This document shows, piece after piece, positions 36,424 to 45,951 of a stretch of DNA of 64,000 nucleotides. The notes beneath the pieces are model-generated. The model searched no databases. It saw only the letters and a list, made by a program, of their open reading frames with translations, and was not told the origin of the DNA. The translations under genes were made by a program, and so were the position numbers. Position 1 is the stretch's first letter; each line of letters begins with the position of its first letter. The DNA is from a virus (Duplodnaviria; Caudoviricetes), in the IMG/VR virus record IMGVR_UViG_3300028888_000074, positions 32,001-96,000 of that record. One strand, 5' to 3'.

Positions 36424-37173
36424 ATGACAAAAAGTAAGAAATGGAATGGAATTGAAACATTTTCATGGCAAGGATTTGATTGGATTAAAAGACCTCTTTG
36501 GGGCATAAATCACACTGGTGATGATTTTACATATGTTGACGAAAACATGGTAACAGTTTCAAATGAAGGGTGTTTGGTTGTTGATTTCAAAAACAATCCG
36601 ATGCTTTTGGAGTCTGCTGATGGTTCTATGGTTGAAAAACCATATGGAAGAGGGTATTGCAGAAGCGTTGAAGAATTCAAATATGGAACATTTGAATGGG
36701 AAATGAAATGCCCTTGTGGAAATTATATGTGGCCAGCATTATGGATGTCATCGGACTATTCATGGCCACCAGAAATAGACTGCATGGAGGGCTGGTCGGG
36801 AAAAAATCCGAAATACATAAAAAGATTGTTATTCCGAAACATTAAGCCGACAATGCATTGGACAAAAGACGGTAAACATTTGGAAGAAACAAAGAACAAC
36901 ATTTTGTCATGTTTGCTAAAGTGCGGTGACAAATTTGACAAATATAAAGTTGTATGGACTCCAGATTATGTTAAAGTGTTTTATAACAATGTGCTGGTAA
37001 AAAAATTCACAGACAAGGATATGCTTGCCGAAATGAACAAACCAGAAGTCAAATTCCATGCTATTATTTCAGTAAAACCCTATGGTGGTTTTTCAAAAAA
37101 CGATTATGAGGATTATCTTGGAAATCCAAACAACAAAATGATTGTAAAATCATTCAGATATTTACCACTTTAA
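36424..37173 (+). CDS. glycoside hydrolase family 16 protein
   Basis: FKYGTFE, WPALWM, WPPEIDCME catalytic ExDxxE, WTPD. Confidence 0.88.
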   Translation: MTKSKKWNGIETFSWQGFDWIKRPLWGINHTGDDFTYVDENMVTVSNEGCLVVDFKNNPMLLESADGSMVEKPYGRGYCRSVEEFKYGTFEWEMKCPCGNYMWPALWMSSDYSWPPEIDCMEGWSGKNPKYIKRLLFRNIKPTMHWTKDGKHLEETKNNILSCLLKCGDKFDKYKVVWTPDYVKVFYNNVLVKKFTDKDMLAEMNKPEVKFHAIISVKPYGGFSKNDYEDYLGNPNNKMIVKSFRYLPL

Positions 37174-37177
37174 AAGA

Positions 37178-37207
37178 AAAACGGGCGCATAAAAACGCCC
37201 GTCTTTG
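37178..37207. terminator. bidirectional intrinsic terminator
   Basis: ACGGGCG-cataaaaa-CGCCCGT between convergent genes. Confidence 0.75.
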
Positions 37208-38080
37208 TTATGCCATGGCTGGCATAAGTTCCATTGCCTTGGACCACAGTTTCTGATTGTATTCAATCTCTTTTCTGATTGATGTAATCTTTTTCTGCTT
37301 TCTTGGCTTGTTCTTGTTGTTGAGTGCGTAATATCCTCCTCTGATAAGCTTTTCCTGACACACATTGAAAACACTCCACAGGTCATTACCTGTATCGGAC
37401 TTTCTCAAAGGATTTAGAATGTCCCGAATCATGTCATCGTCATAACCAATCTTTACATCGTTATTGTCAATGTTCTTTCTGATTCTAACGACAGATTTCG
37501 CCAATTCAATTTTCTGTTCGTCGGTAACCGTGACTTTCTTCATCTCATTCATTGTGCATACAATGTTCGGAATCTCACTAATTGTCTTCTTGACAATTTC
37601 GCGCAAAGTCTCGAAATCATAATTAATGTGCTTGATTGACAGGTCAGCAAATTCATCCGTAGCAACAACAAGGCCGTTAGAACATACAAGTCTGAACATT
37701 CCAACACGGAACTTGAAACTGTTAAACCCATCGTGACCATTCGTCAAGATGATTCGAGGATAAGAATCAACGGTTTCGGTACCATCTTCGTTCTTGGTTG
37801 TAATTTTCACATCAGGATTTTGAAAAGCAATCAGGTGGAATGAACGAATGCCGCTTGAGTTTTTCTTGGCACGGCATTGTTTAGCCTCAACAGGAAGCCA
37901 CCCAAGTTTCTCCAAGTCACTGACAACAGTTGAAGTGTTTGCCTGAATGTATCTGCTTGAAACATTAGGATTTGTCGGAGTTTCCTTGAAAGCATAAGGG
38001 CAACGGGCCTTAAGCTCATCCATGGTTAAAAAATTGGTTGACAAATTGTCATCTGAAAAGCGTACCATTGTGTCTGCCAT
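37208..38080 (-). CDS. DUF932/DUF945-family protein
   Basis: PRIILTNGHDG..SF...GMFRLVCSNG, DLWSVFNVCQEKLIRGG. Confidence 0.85.
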   Translation of the reverse strand: MADTMVRFSDDNLSTNFLTMDELKARCPYAFKETPTNPNVSSRYIQANTSTVVSDLEKLGWLPVEAKQCRAKKNSSGIRSFHLIAFQNPDVKITTKNEDGTETVDSYPRIILTNGHDGFNSFKFRVGMFRLVCSNGLVVATDEFADLSIKHINYDFETLREIVKKTISEIPNIVCTMNEMKKVTVTDEQKIELAKSVVRIRKNIDNNDVKIGYDDDMIRDILNPLRKSDTGNDLWSVFNVCQEKLIRGGYYALNNKNKPRKQKKITSIRKEIEYNQKLWSKAMELMPAMA

Positions 38081-38225
38081 AATTCTAAAATTTTTAGTGG
38101 TTAAAAAAAAAATTTCTTTCGATTTTAAGTTTACAAATTATTTTTGAAAAAACAAAAAGGTAGTCAAAAAAATTTTTAACTACCTTAACAACATGTTTTT
38201 AATGAAATATAACTAACCCAATACT

Positions 38226-39845
38226 TTAGTTTTCACCATAGTTGTCAGCCATTTCAATATCAACCACGCCCTTGTCAATGTCTTCAGACTCTTTTTTCAG
38301 GAACTTTAGACATTTCAGTTTAAAGCATTCCTTTACTGGGTCATTTGCAATTCTCAAACAAATTCCTTCTCTCGGAACTTTGTTGTTACACAACGGCTCA
38401 TTAAGTTCCATCCCGAAATGTTCCTTGTCGGATTTCATCGCTTCGAGGGCATTTTCATGCCAATGGCTTTCGCTGTTTATGGTTGGGTACAAATCGGACA
38501 GTTTTCCATGATACAAAAGCTGATACGGTAAAATTCTGTCGGAAATATCAGGAAAATTATCGACAAGATTGTTTGTAAAATTGATAACTTCGCTAATTTC
38601 ATATTCCTTGTGTGTGCCGTCTTCCATTTTCTCGTTCACACGGTAAATCATCAGCTTGTTGGTTCCTGGCTCGCACCCATAATCGTATCCTTTCTGAATC
38701 ATCTTGTCAGAACCAGTAATGTATCCTACAATCTCACCGTAAATTGTAATATTCTCAGGAATCTTTCCTTTAAGAAGGTCGTTATATTCACCCCAGATAT
38801 CAACTGAGTAAAATCCACTGTTAACCTGTTTGTTAATATAACGGTTCTTGATTACTGTTCTGGAAGAATATACATTATAATATTCTGTCGCAAAATTCTT
38901 CAGCTTGCTATTTTCAATCTTCGCTATTCTCTTTTCAAGGTCGGAAATTGAGTTTAACATGAATTCCTCAGACATGTTTGTTGCAACATCGCCACGAAGC
39001 ATCTTGTTGTAGTAGTTGATAGAACGGTCATATCGACTGATTTTTCTGTCCTTGAAACCGTTGATGAAATCACGAATCTTATTCATCAGCGTAGGCTTTT
39101 TGACTAGGATATTGCCCATAACAAAACTCGTACCATGAACCTTTACACTCACATCAACAACAGTTTCTGGATTCAATCTCCACATATTGCTATTCAATTG
39201 TGAAGTATCGTAATGAAAGGCAAACTCACCGTCAAGCATACGGTCAAACCTTTTGATTTTGTTCTTGCGTTTTCCACTTCCTCCACCACTTCTTACTGGA
39301 TTAGTTTTTGGAACATACGCCTTGATGAACAACTTGTCGTTGATTGTGTCAAAATCAAATGGGATAAAATTTCCGTTTTCATCATACTTAACATAATCGG
39401 CAAGATTAATATCGGCAAGTTCAGAATCCCAGTTTATAAATGATTCAAAGCGCATTAGAACACCCATGGACGGACATCCACGAAGACGAATCATCTTTAC
39501 ACGTCCATTCTTGTTGAAATAACCAACCATTTTCTTTGCCTCGTCATTTTTTCCTTCACCAATAAGCTTCTCAACTTCTGCATGGTTTGCATTACGTTCT
39601 CGCTCACCAATTTCATACATATTATTGACAGAAAGAAACTGTGAGTTCAGTTCGGTTTCATTCTTGCAATAAATCATATAGTCGCCTTCATTTACATCGT
39701 TCTTGTTAACCACAACGGAAAATCCGTCAATGATAGCCTGCTTGAGATTGTCTGAATTCTCAATATCCTTCAATTCACCAACCTTTACGATTGTAGCACA
39801 ATACTCTTCCTTGAAATTGTCTGATTTTGTAAAAATCTGTTTCAT
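38226..39845 (-). CDS. ATP-dependent RNA ligase (DRB0094/Rnl5-like, N-terminal OB domain)
   Basis: IENSDNL, RLRG..SMG, KVHGTS (motif I), YGEIVG, REGIC, KLK. Confidence 0.8.
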   Translation of the reverse strand: MKQIFTKSDNFKEEYCATIVKVGELKDIENSDNLKQAIIDGFSVVVNKNDVNEGDYMIYCKNETELNSQFLSVNNMYEIGERERNANHAEVEKLIGEGKNDEAKKMVGYFNKNGRVKMIRLRGCPSMGVLMRFESFINWDSELADINLADYVKYDENGNFIPFDFDTINDKLFIKAYVPKTNPVRSGGGSGKRKNKIKRFDRMLDGEFAFHYDTSQLNSNMWRLNPETVVDVSVKVHGTSFVMGNILVKKPTLMNKIRDFINGFKDRKISRYDRSINYYNKMLRGDVATNMSEEFMLNSISDLEKRIAKIENSKLKNFATEYYNVYSSRTVIKNRYINKQVNSGFYSVDIWGEYNDLLKGKIPENITIYGEIVGYITGSDKMIQKGYDYGCEPGTNKLMIYRVNEKMEDGTHKEYEISEVINFTNNLVDNFPDISDRILPYQLLYHGKLSDLYPTINSESHWHENALEAMKSDKEHFGMELNEPLCNNKVPREGICLRIANDPVKECFKLKCLKFLKKESEDIDKGVVDIEMADNYGEN

Positions 39846-39846
39846 A

Positions 39847-40254
39847 TTATTTGTTATTTTTGTTATTGTTAAAAAATTTGTTAACAACTGTGTTTAATGA
39901 ATATTGGATGTTGCTTCGGTATTCTTTTTCCATATCAGTACGTCTTTTCTCGACTTCTTCAATAAATTTATCAAGCACAAAATTCATAACTCTATCGGAC
40001 ATTTTAATGTGATAACCAAAAACATGGTTGATTGCATAAGCTTCGCTGGATATATTGTCAATTACAATAAAAATACTGCTATCATCTGATTTAATGTAAA
40101 ACTTGTCCATTTTAGGGACCATAAGAAGTTCGGTTTCCTTGTTTTGTAACAATTGTGACACGATTATCATCAACGACCTTTCTTCACTTGAAATTGGGGT
40201 ACAAGCAGACTTATTCCAAAATCTGTAAAATTTCAATTTATAATTTTTCCACAT
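39847..40254 (-). CDS. hypothetical protein
   Basis: 135-aa ORF between the TROVE-like gene and the ligase. Confidence 0.7.
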   Translation of the reverse strand: MWKNYKLKFYRFWNKSACTPISSEERSLMIIVSQLLQNKETELLMVPKMDKFYIKSDDSSIFIVIDNISSEAYAINHVFGYHIKMSDRVMNFVLDKFIEEVEKRRTDMEKEYRSNIQYSLNTVVNKFFNNNKNNK

Positions 40255-40273
40255 AGTTGTTTTTTATTTCAAA

Positions 40274-41893
40274 TTAACACTCAATTAAACTCAAGGTTGC
40301 TTGACTGAAAACCTTTTGGATGATTTCCTCTTGCGTTGGCATTTCTTTCTTTGTCGGTTCGTTCACATCACCACCAAGAAGGAAGCTGATAACAGCGCCG
40401 TCAAAACCAGAAAAATGATACATGCCTCCATGTTCCATAGTTGACGGGAAATCTTGGGTTTGTCTTCCGCCAGTGCAATACCACCAGACAACTTTGAAAT
40501 TTTCAACATATTCCTTAGGAAACACTTCGGATAAGCTTTCAATCATTTCCTCGTAATTTGATTTTCCTGTTGATGTTGGATTAAATTGCATGTCTGAAAC
40601 CACAAGCAATGTTGTAGGATAGTCCTCAATTTTGATTTGAGGGTTATTTTTGCGAGTATCAACAAGAAGGTCTATTACACTTTGGAAGTTTGTCGAACCA
40701 TATGCCCAATTCGAGTTGGCAATCAGTTGTCCATACTTCTCTGAAAAGGTACCATTTACTTTCATAAGTCTTGATACTGTTGAAAACAGTGCAACAGTAT
40801 TGTGGAAGTCTCCAGTATTCAACTCGGAAAAATAGATACCAAGGGCCAAGCAAACATCAAACGGCTCTGTACCACTGTTGTCAATGGTTTCCCACGTCAT
40901 TGACCCTGACAAGTCAAGTGCGCACAGCACGTTTCCATCCAGAGGATTTCCGTCAGCCTTTGCTGTTTTGACAAGGTTGTCAAACTGTTTGTCAATTGTC
41001 AGTTTGTGTGCCCGACTGATATTTGTATTGTTATTGCCAAGCAATCTCAACTTTCTGCCAAGCTCATATGGATATCCGTTGAATTTAACAACAGGTTGTG
41101 CATTAACCCACGAAATATAATCACCTGAAAGATTGTGTCTGTCAAGAAAATTCCCACTGACAAGTTTTAACAACGCCTTTCCAGGAATCTCATTCCAATT
41201 AATGTCTTTGTATCTTTTGCTACAAATTACACGTTGGAATTCATGTGCTTTTCCACTTGATTTCAATTTTCTATATTCCTCATAAGTGGATTTGCTGTAG
41301 TACACAAACATCTTTGCAATCCTGTTTGTTCTCATAGCCCAGAGTGTCTTGCATTTCTTGTTGGCACGAATTCTTGGCAAATACTTTATAACCAAACCGC
41401 ATTGACTTTGGTCATTTAATCCAGCGTGAATTAAATCGAAAAAATATTCGTAGTTCAAATATTTGTCCGCACCGTCAAATGCCATTAAAACCCAAATATC
41501 CTTCCATGAACCTACAATCGGCAACAACCAAAGGTTCTTGTAGAAAATCTCAGGCTGATATTTTGCAAGCCAAAGAAGTCTCATAAACGCTTCATCCCTT
41601 CTTCCCTGACCCTTTTGGACAGCCAATGTTTTGTTTCCTGAACCAAGGTTTGTCTGTCTCGTTACCATTCTTAAATAGAATGGAAACTTAACCGCATTCA
41701 GGTGGTCTTCAGCCCACAAAGCTTCCTGGTCAGCCCAAACTTCACTAAGCTCACGACCAGCGAAGACACCTGCCTTTGCGAATTGGTCGCACAACACACT
41801 TCCAATTGTGGAATAAGAAATCGCACCATTCTCAGTCATGGCGCCGTTTGCTCCTGCGCCAAAAATGTTTTCCTTAATAAAACCGTTATTCAT
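40274..41893 (-). CDS. DUF2828 / TROVE-like protein with a C-terminal vWA domain
   Basis: TENGA, KGQGRR, GSWKD, KYLPR, MIDAS DLSGSM, STNFQ, VSDMQF. Confidence 0.85.
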   Translation of the reverse strand: MNNGFIKENIFGAGANGAMTENGAISYSTIGSVLCDQFAKAGVFAGRELSEVWADQEALWAEDHLNAVKFPFYLRMVTRQTNLGSGNKTLAVQKGQGRRDEAFMRLLWLAKYQPEIFYKNLWLLPIVGSWKDIWVLMAFDGADKYLNYEYFFDLIHAGLNDQSQCGLVIKYLPRIRANKKCKTLWAMRTNRIAKMFVYYSKSTYEEYRKLKSSGKAHEFQRVICSKRYKDINWNEIPGKALLKLVSGNFLDRHNLSGDYISWVNAQPVVKFNGYPYELGRKLRLLGNNNTNISRAHKLTIDKQFDNLVKTAKADGNPLDGNVLCALDLSGSMTWETIDNSGTEPFDVCLALGIYFSELNTGDFHNTVALFSTVSRLMKVNGTFSEKYGQLIANSNWAYGSTNFQSVIDLLVDTRKNNPQIKIEDYPTTLLVVSDMQFNPTSTGKSNYEEMIESLSEVFPKEYVENFKVVWWYCTGGRQTQDFPSTMEHGGMYHFSGFDGAVISFLLGGDVNEPTKKEMPTQEEIIQKVFSQATLSLIEC

Positions 41894-42026
41894 ATCCAAT
41901 ATGTTTTTTTTGTTGAACTTTATTTTTGTGAATGTTATATTACAAAAAAGATTTTTAAAAACCAAAATATAAAAATTTTTTTTTTCACTTAAAAACTATT
42001 TATGAATGATTAAATATATTTGAATT

Positions 42027-42449
42027 ATGGTAGACAACGATAAATTAACAAAAATCATCACGGAGTCCATTGACAACACTTTAAACGAAATGCGCTTAAG
42101 AGAATGTATAAAAAACATGGTACGTGAATGTTTGGGTGAAATAATTGAAGAGGGAAAAAACAAAAAAGGAAATTCAAATTCCCAGCTTAAAAGATTTTTT
42201 GACAAACCTGGCATAAACGACGCTCAATATGCATATAAACTTGCTGGTGTAAAACCAAAACACGGTAAAGACACCAAGGAAATGAAAAACGCAAGAAGTC
42301 TATTCGCAAAAAAGAAAAACGGGTTTGTAGACAAATTCGGTAATAAGTACAAATTCAATTCAAAAGAGGTCAACAAACTGACTTCATTGATATCAAACAA
42401 CAAACTGTCTGAAAATGTTGACAAACCGAAGGATGAAAATTTGAAATAA
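42027..42449 (+). CDS. basic protein with shared N-terminal peptide
   Basis: KLTKIITESIDNTLNE..IKNMVRECLGEIIEE; CTATTTAT upstream. Confidence 0.7.
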   Translation: MVDNDKLTKIITESIDNTLNEMRLRECIKNMVRECLGEIIEEGKNKKGNSNSQLKRFFDKPGINDAQYAYKLAGVKPKHGKDTKEMKNARSLFAKKKNGFVDKFGNKYKFNSKEVNKLTSLISNNKLSENVDKPKDENLK

Positions 42450-42454
42450 ATAAA

Positions 42455-42482
42455 ATGGCCACCAAAAACGGTGGCCTTTTTG
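42455..42482. terminator. bidirectional intrinsic terminator
   Basis: GGCCACC-aaaaac-GGTGGCC followed by TTTTT. Confidence 0.75.
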
Positions 42483-42483
42483 T

Positions 42484-42900
42484 TTAAAAATAACAAATGT
42501 TATATAAAATCCTTCCGACAGAGGACTGTCCTTCCCTGATATAGTTCCCATCTATATTGTACAGGATTTTCCCTACAGAGGACTGTCCTTCCCTGATATA
42601 CTTTCCATCAATATTGTACAGGATTCTGCCGACAGACGATTGGCCCTCCCTGATGTATTTTCCGTCAATATTGTATAATATTGTTCCGAGTGACGATTGT
42701 GTGTCCCTGATTCTGTTTTCATTAATATTGCACAATATTGTTCCGACAGAAGACTGGCCTTCTCTGATGTAATATCTACCGTTACCACTTTGGTTCATAC
42801 TGGCATACGGCAAAGCATCGCTTGTGTTTGTGAAAAAAAATGACATAGCAAATACCAATAAATAAATTTGAAAAAATAATATCCCTTTAAAAAATTTCAT
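42484..42900 (-). CDS. secreted/membrane protein with five 19-aa repeats (5-fold beta-flower-like)
   Basis: YIREGQSSVGxILYNIDGK x5 after a hydrophobic N-terminus. Confidence 0.75.
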   Translation of the reverse strand: MKFFKGILFFQIYLLVFAMSFFFTNTSDALPYASMNQSGNGRYYIREGQSSVGTILCNINENRIRDTQSSLGTILYNIDGKYIREGQSSVGRILYNIDGKYIREGQSSVGKILYNIDGNYIREGQSSVGRILYNICYF

Positions 42901-42937
42901 GATTTGATTATATCAATTTCTTTTTAATAAAACAAAT

Positions 42938-43336
42938 CTAATCGGAAATTTTTTTCCATTCCCTGATTCGTTTGTTGCACTGGTATGTTCCAGGTGTCAA
43001 TCCGCCTTTATCTGTAGCCCAAATCAAAAGACTGAACATATATTCGAAATTTTCAGTGATGTCGTCATACAAGTCATGAAGATGGTTGTCGAGTTCTTTT
43101 GGGAATTGCCGTCCCTGAACATCGTTCTCTGTTCCCTTGATAGCCTTGTCCAGACACCCAAGAATCAAGGCGATATCCTCGATTGGGTAGTTTCCACCCC
43201 AAGGAGCATATTGGTCAATCCCCCAGCCTATTCTTCCATTTCTTGAATTTGAATCGAAAACAAAAGTTTCGAAATTAATAGCGGCCAACAATTTGATGTG
43301 GTCATCAGTCAATGTGATTTTCTTAATACTAGCCAT
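42938..43336 (-). CDS. hypothetical phage protein
   Basis: LTDDHIKLL..EDIALILG..PGTY. Confidence 0.75.
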   Translation of the reverse strand: MASIKKITLTDDHIKLLAAINFETFVFDSNSRNGRIGWGIDQYAPWGGNYPIEDIALILGCLDKAIKGTENDVQGRQFPKELDNHLHDLYDDITENFEYMFSLLIWATDKGGLTPGTYQCNKRIREWKKISD

Positions 43337-43342
43337 AATTTG

Positions 43343-44506
43343 TTAATTGTTATATCTTATGTTTGTTATTCTTACCCATTGTGAATCTTTATACTCTTCA
43401 AGTGTTTTACTGTTTGTATAGCTCATAGCTGACTTCAGGTAGTCGGTTTCGTTTTCAGCCCAACCTTTCAAATCAAATTCAACCATTTGATGTTTAACAA
43501 TTCCTTCAGATGTTTTCAGTTTGTTTGTTATTGAGTTTGCTGTGTTTATTTGAGATTGGGCCTTTTTTGTACTCATTCCGAACATTTCTTTCCATACTTC
43601 CAATTTACCTTTCTTTACATAATTTGTGTATATGTTTGTGAAATTATTTCTTTGAATTTCCCTGCCATAAGTTAACAAAGTTTTAATCGGTCTGAAAATT
43701 TTATATCCGTTTACGTTAAAGTATGATTTACCATATGTGGTCTTTCCAGCACTTTCCATTGTCTTGTTGAACAATCCACCAATCATTACATAATCAGCAT
43801 AAACAAGAGCCTTTTGAATGTCACGGTATCCTCTTATATTGCCATCTGCAATAATTTTACATTTCCCGTTTGTTGCTTTTTTCTGTTCATATGTTTCCTT
43901 TAACAGACTAAAATACGGAAAGTGTATGCCCGTGTTGCTGGATGACAAACAACAAGAACCACCACCTATCCCAAGTCTGACATAATCACACCCAGCGGCT
44001 TCATACCATGCATATGTCGATGGATTTGCAATGTTGCCACTCATGATTATAACTCTGTCACCATATTTCTCTTTGATTTTCTTTATCAAATCAATCAGCT
44101 TTCCCATATGCCCGTTTGCAAGGTCAATACAGATTTTTAATTTTAATTTTTCTTCAACAAACCAACCAAGTTCAATTTCCATGAATTTAAAAATGTCTTG
44201 TTCTGCAAAATATTTTTCAGCTTCAGACAAAGAAAAAGAAACAAATGTCTGCTGGTTGTTCAAACAAGTGGAAAGTCTCTCACCAATGGTATACGTTCTT
44301 GGAAGCACGGTTCTAATTTTCGACTTATTAAAGTCTGAAAGATTTTCCAGAGACACAACACTGCTCATACACGAAGCGAATATAGGCAAATAGCCGTCTT
44401 CATCATATGGATTACACTCACTTCTTGATGATATTCCGCTTATGCAGTCAGGTATAATTGACACATCGTCATAATTCAATTTACAATCTCTAACAATATT
44501 TTCCAT
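43343..44506 (-). CDS. GMP reductase / IMP dehydrogenase family protein
   Basis: LNYDDVSIIP, IDLANGH, GIGGGSCC, IIADG, SEG, SAMSY. Confidence 0.85.
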   Translation of the reverse strand: MENIVRDCKLNYDDVSIIPDCISGISSRSECNPYDEDGYLPIFASCMSSVVSLENLSDFNKSKIRTVLPRTYTIGERLSTCLNNQQTFVSFSLSEAEKYFAEQDIFKFMEIELGWFVEEKLKLKICIDLANGHMGKLIDLIKKIKEKYGDRVIIMSGNIANPSTYAWYEAAGCDYVRLGIGGGSCCLSSSNTGIHFPYFSLLKETYEQKKATNGKCKIIADGNIRGYRDIQKALVYADYVMIGGLFNKTMESAGKTTYGKSYFNVNGYKIFRPIKTLLTYGREIQRNNFTNIYTNYVKKGKLEVWKEMFGMSTKKAQSQINTANSITNKLKTSEGIVKHQMVEFDLKGWAENETDYLKSAMSYTNSKTLEEYKDSQWVRITNIRYNN

Positions 44507-44523
44507 AATAAAATTTTGCTTTG

Positions 44524-44745
44524 TTAATTAATAATTAAATCACCAACACTGACAAGAATCGCCCCGAAACACAATCCACAAAGAAAAACCAAAAACAAAA
44601 TGGTATTTATTGTTTCGCGATTATAAGTATTTGAATACCAACTGAGTATTTGTTTGTTTGTGCTTTCCTTAATTTTACTTACATGCGAAAACAATGCAAG
44701 CAGAAAAACACACAAACATAATATTTCGATTATAATTGCCAGCAT
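44524..44745 (-). CDS. small membrane protein
   Basis: Two hydrophobic segments. Confidence 0.65.
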   Translation of the reverse strand: MLAIIIEILCLCVFLLALFSHVSKIKESTNKQILSWYSNTYNRETINTILFLVFLCGLCFGAILVSVGDLIIN

Positions 44746-45848
44746 TATTTTAAGTCGTTAAAATTTTTTAATATTTCTTTTTGTTTATTATTAAGTTTTT
44801 TAGGCATTTTGTATTTGACAACTACTGCGTAGTCGCCGAAAACAGAATTGTTATTCATATTCGACATTCCTTTCCCATGAAACACAAACGCCTGGTTATC
44901 CTTTGTAAGTTCTGGAGCCTTCAAAGTAACACTGCTTCCGTCAATGCACTTTACCTCCTTTGTGAAACCAAGAAGTGCTTCATTAAATGGGACTTCTTCA
45001 TAATGCACAAGATTCATCGAATCATATCTTTCAAAATATGAATCGTCTTGGATGTCCACACGCAACAACAAGTCTCCACTAACTCCATTTGAATCCTGCG
45101 GCATGTTCCCAAGTCCAGCGACTTTCATGACCATTCCATCATCCAATCCTCTTGGAATGTGTATTGTCTCTCTGGTTGTTTCGGTTTCAAGGCCGCTACC
45201 GTTACAATGCTTGCAAGGTTTTGATATTAGTTTACCGCTTCCACCGCAATGCGGGCAAACGCTTCTCGTCATTGAGAATTGACCTGGGCCAAACTGTGTT
45301 GTTTTCGTTATAAAACCACTTCCGTTACAGTGTGGACATGTTGAAGACTTCCCGTCAGCCGAGCCAGTTCCGTTGCAATGCGAGCATAGTTTCTGTCTTC
45401 TAATGGTAACTTCCTTGTCCACACCGCGATAGGCTTCTTCAAGCGTTAGCATGACACTTGCTTCCGTGTTACTTCCTTTTGACACTCTTCCATGACCGAA
45501 ATCATCATCAAAGAAAGAAGCGAAACCTCCCATGCCTCCAAAATTTTGGGCCATTCTTCTGAACATTTCCATCGGGTCGATTCCTCCGTTGAAATCCATA
45601 AACCCATTGTCGTATTGGTTCCTTTTATTCTGGTCGGACAAAACCTCATATGCTTCGGCAATCTCCTTGAATTTCTCTTCAGCACTTTTCTTCTCTTCGT
45701 CACTAGCATTTGCCCATCTGTCTGGATGGTATTTCAAAGCCAAAGTTCTATACTTCTTTTTGCAAATAGAATTGAATTCTTCACCATGAAGTTTTTTTTC
45801 ATCATCACTGATACCTAAAATTCCGTAATAGTCTTTGTTTGTGCTCAT
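44745..45848 (-). CDS. dnaJ: chaperone DnaJ
   Basis: J-domain HPD, G/F region, four CxxCxGxG repeats, C-terminal domain. Confidence 0.95.
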   Translation of the reverse strand: MSTNKDYYGILGISDDEKKLHGEEFNSICKKKYRTLALKYHPDRWANASDEEKKSAEEKFKEIAEAYEVLSDQNKRNQYDNGFMDFNGGIDPMEMFRRMAQNFGGMGGFASFFDDDFGHGRVSKGSNTEASVMLTLEEAYRGVDKEVTIRRQKLCSHCNGTGSADGKSSTCPHCNGSGFITKTTQFGPGQFSMTRSVCPHCGGSGKLISKPCKHCNGSGLETETTRETIHIPRGLDDGMVMKVAGLGNMPQDSNGVSGDLLLRVDIQDDSYFERYDSMNLVHYEEVPFNEALLGFTKEVKCIDGSSVTLKAPELTKDNQAFVFHGKGMSNMNNNSVFGDYAVVVKYKMPKKLNNKQKEILKNFNDLK

Positions 45849-45906
45849 TATGTTTTTAATTTAAATTCCAATTGCTATTATTGCAAAATAAAATGTAAAA
45901 ACCAAA

Positions 45907-45914
45907 CTATTTAT
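45907..45914 (+). promoter_or_regulatory. CTATTTAT motif (putative late promoter), representative copy
   Basis: Also at 4722, 7410, 25932, 26998, 28268, 32726, 41996, 47793 (+) and 24090, 25270, 36378, 56819 (-), each upstream of a co-oriented start codon. Confidence 0.7.
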
Positions 45915-45951
45915 AGGTTAGGTTTAATAATAATTACCATTTGAATATATC

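Noticed and set aside
38081-38225. tRNA or Y-RNA in intergenic gaps near the RNA-repair genes
   Set aside because: The gaps are short and AT-rich and are explained by a terminator-like hairpin plus a promoter; no cloverleaf or T-loop motif was seen
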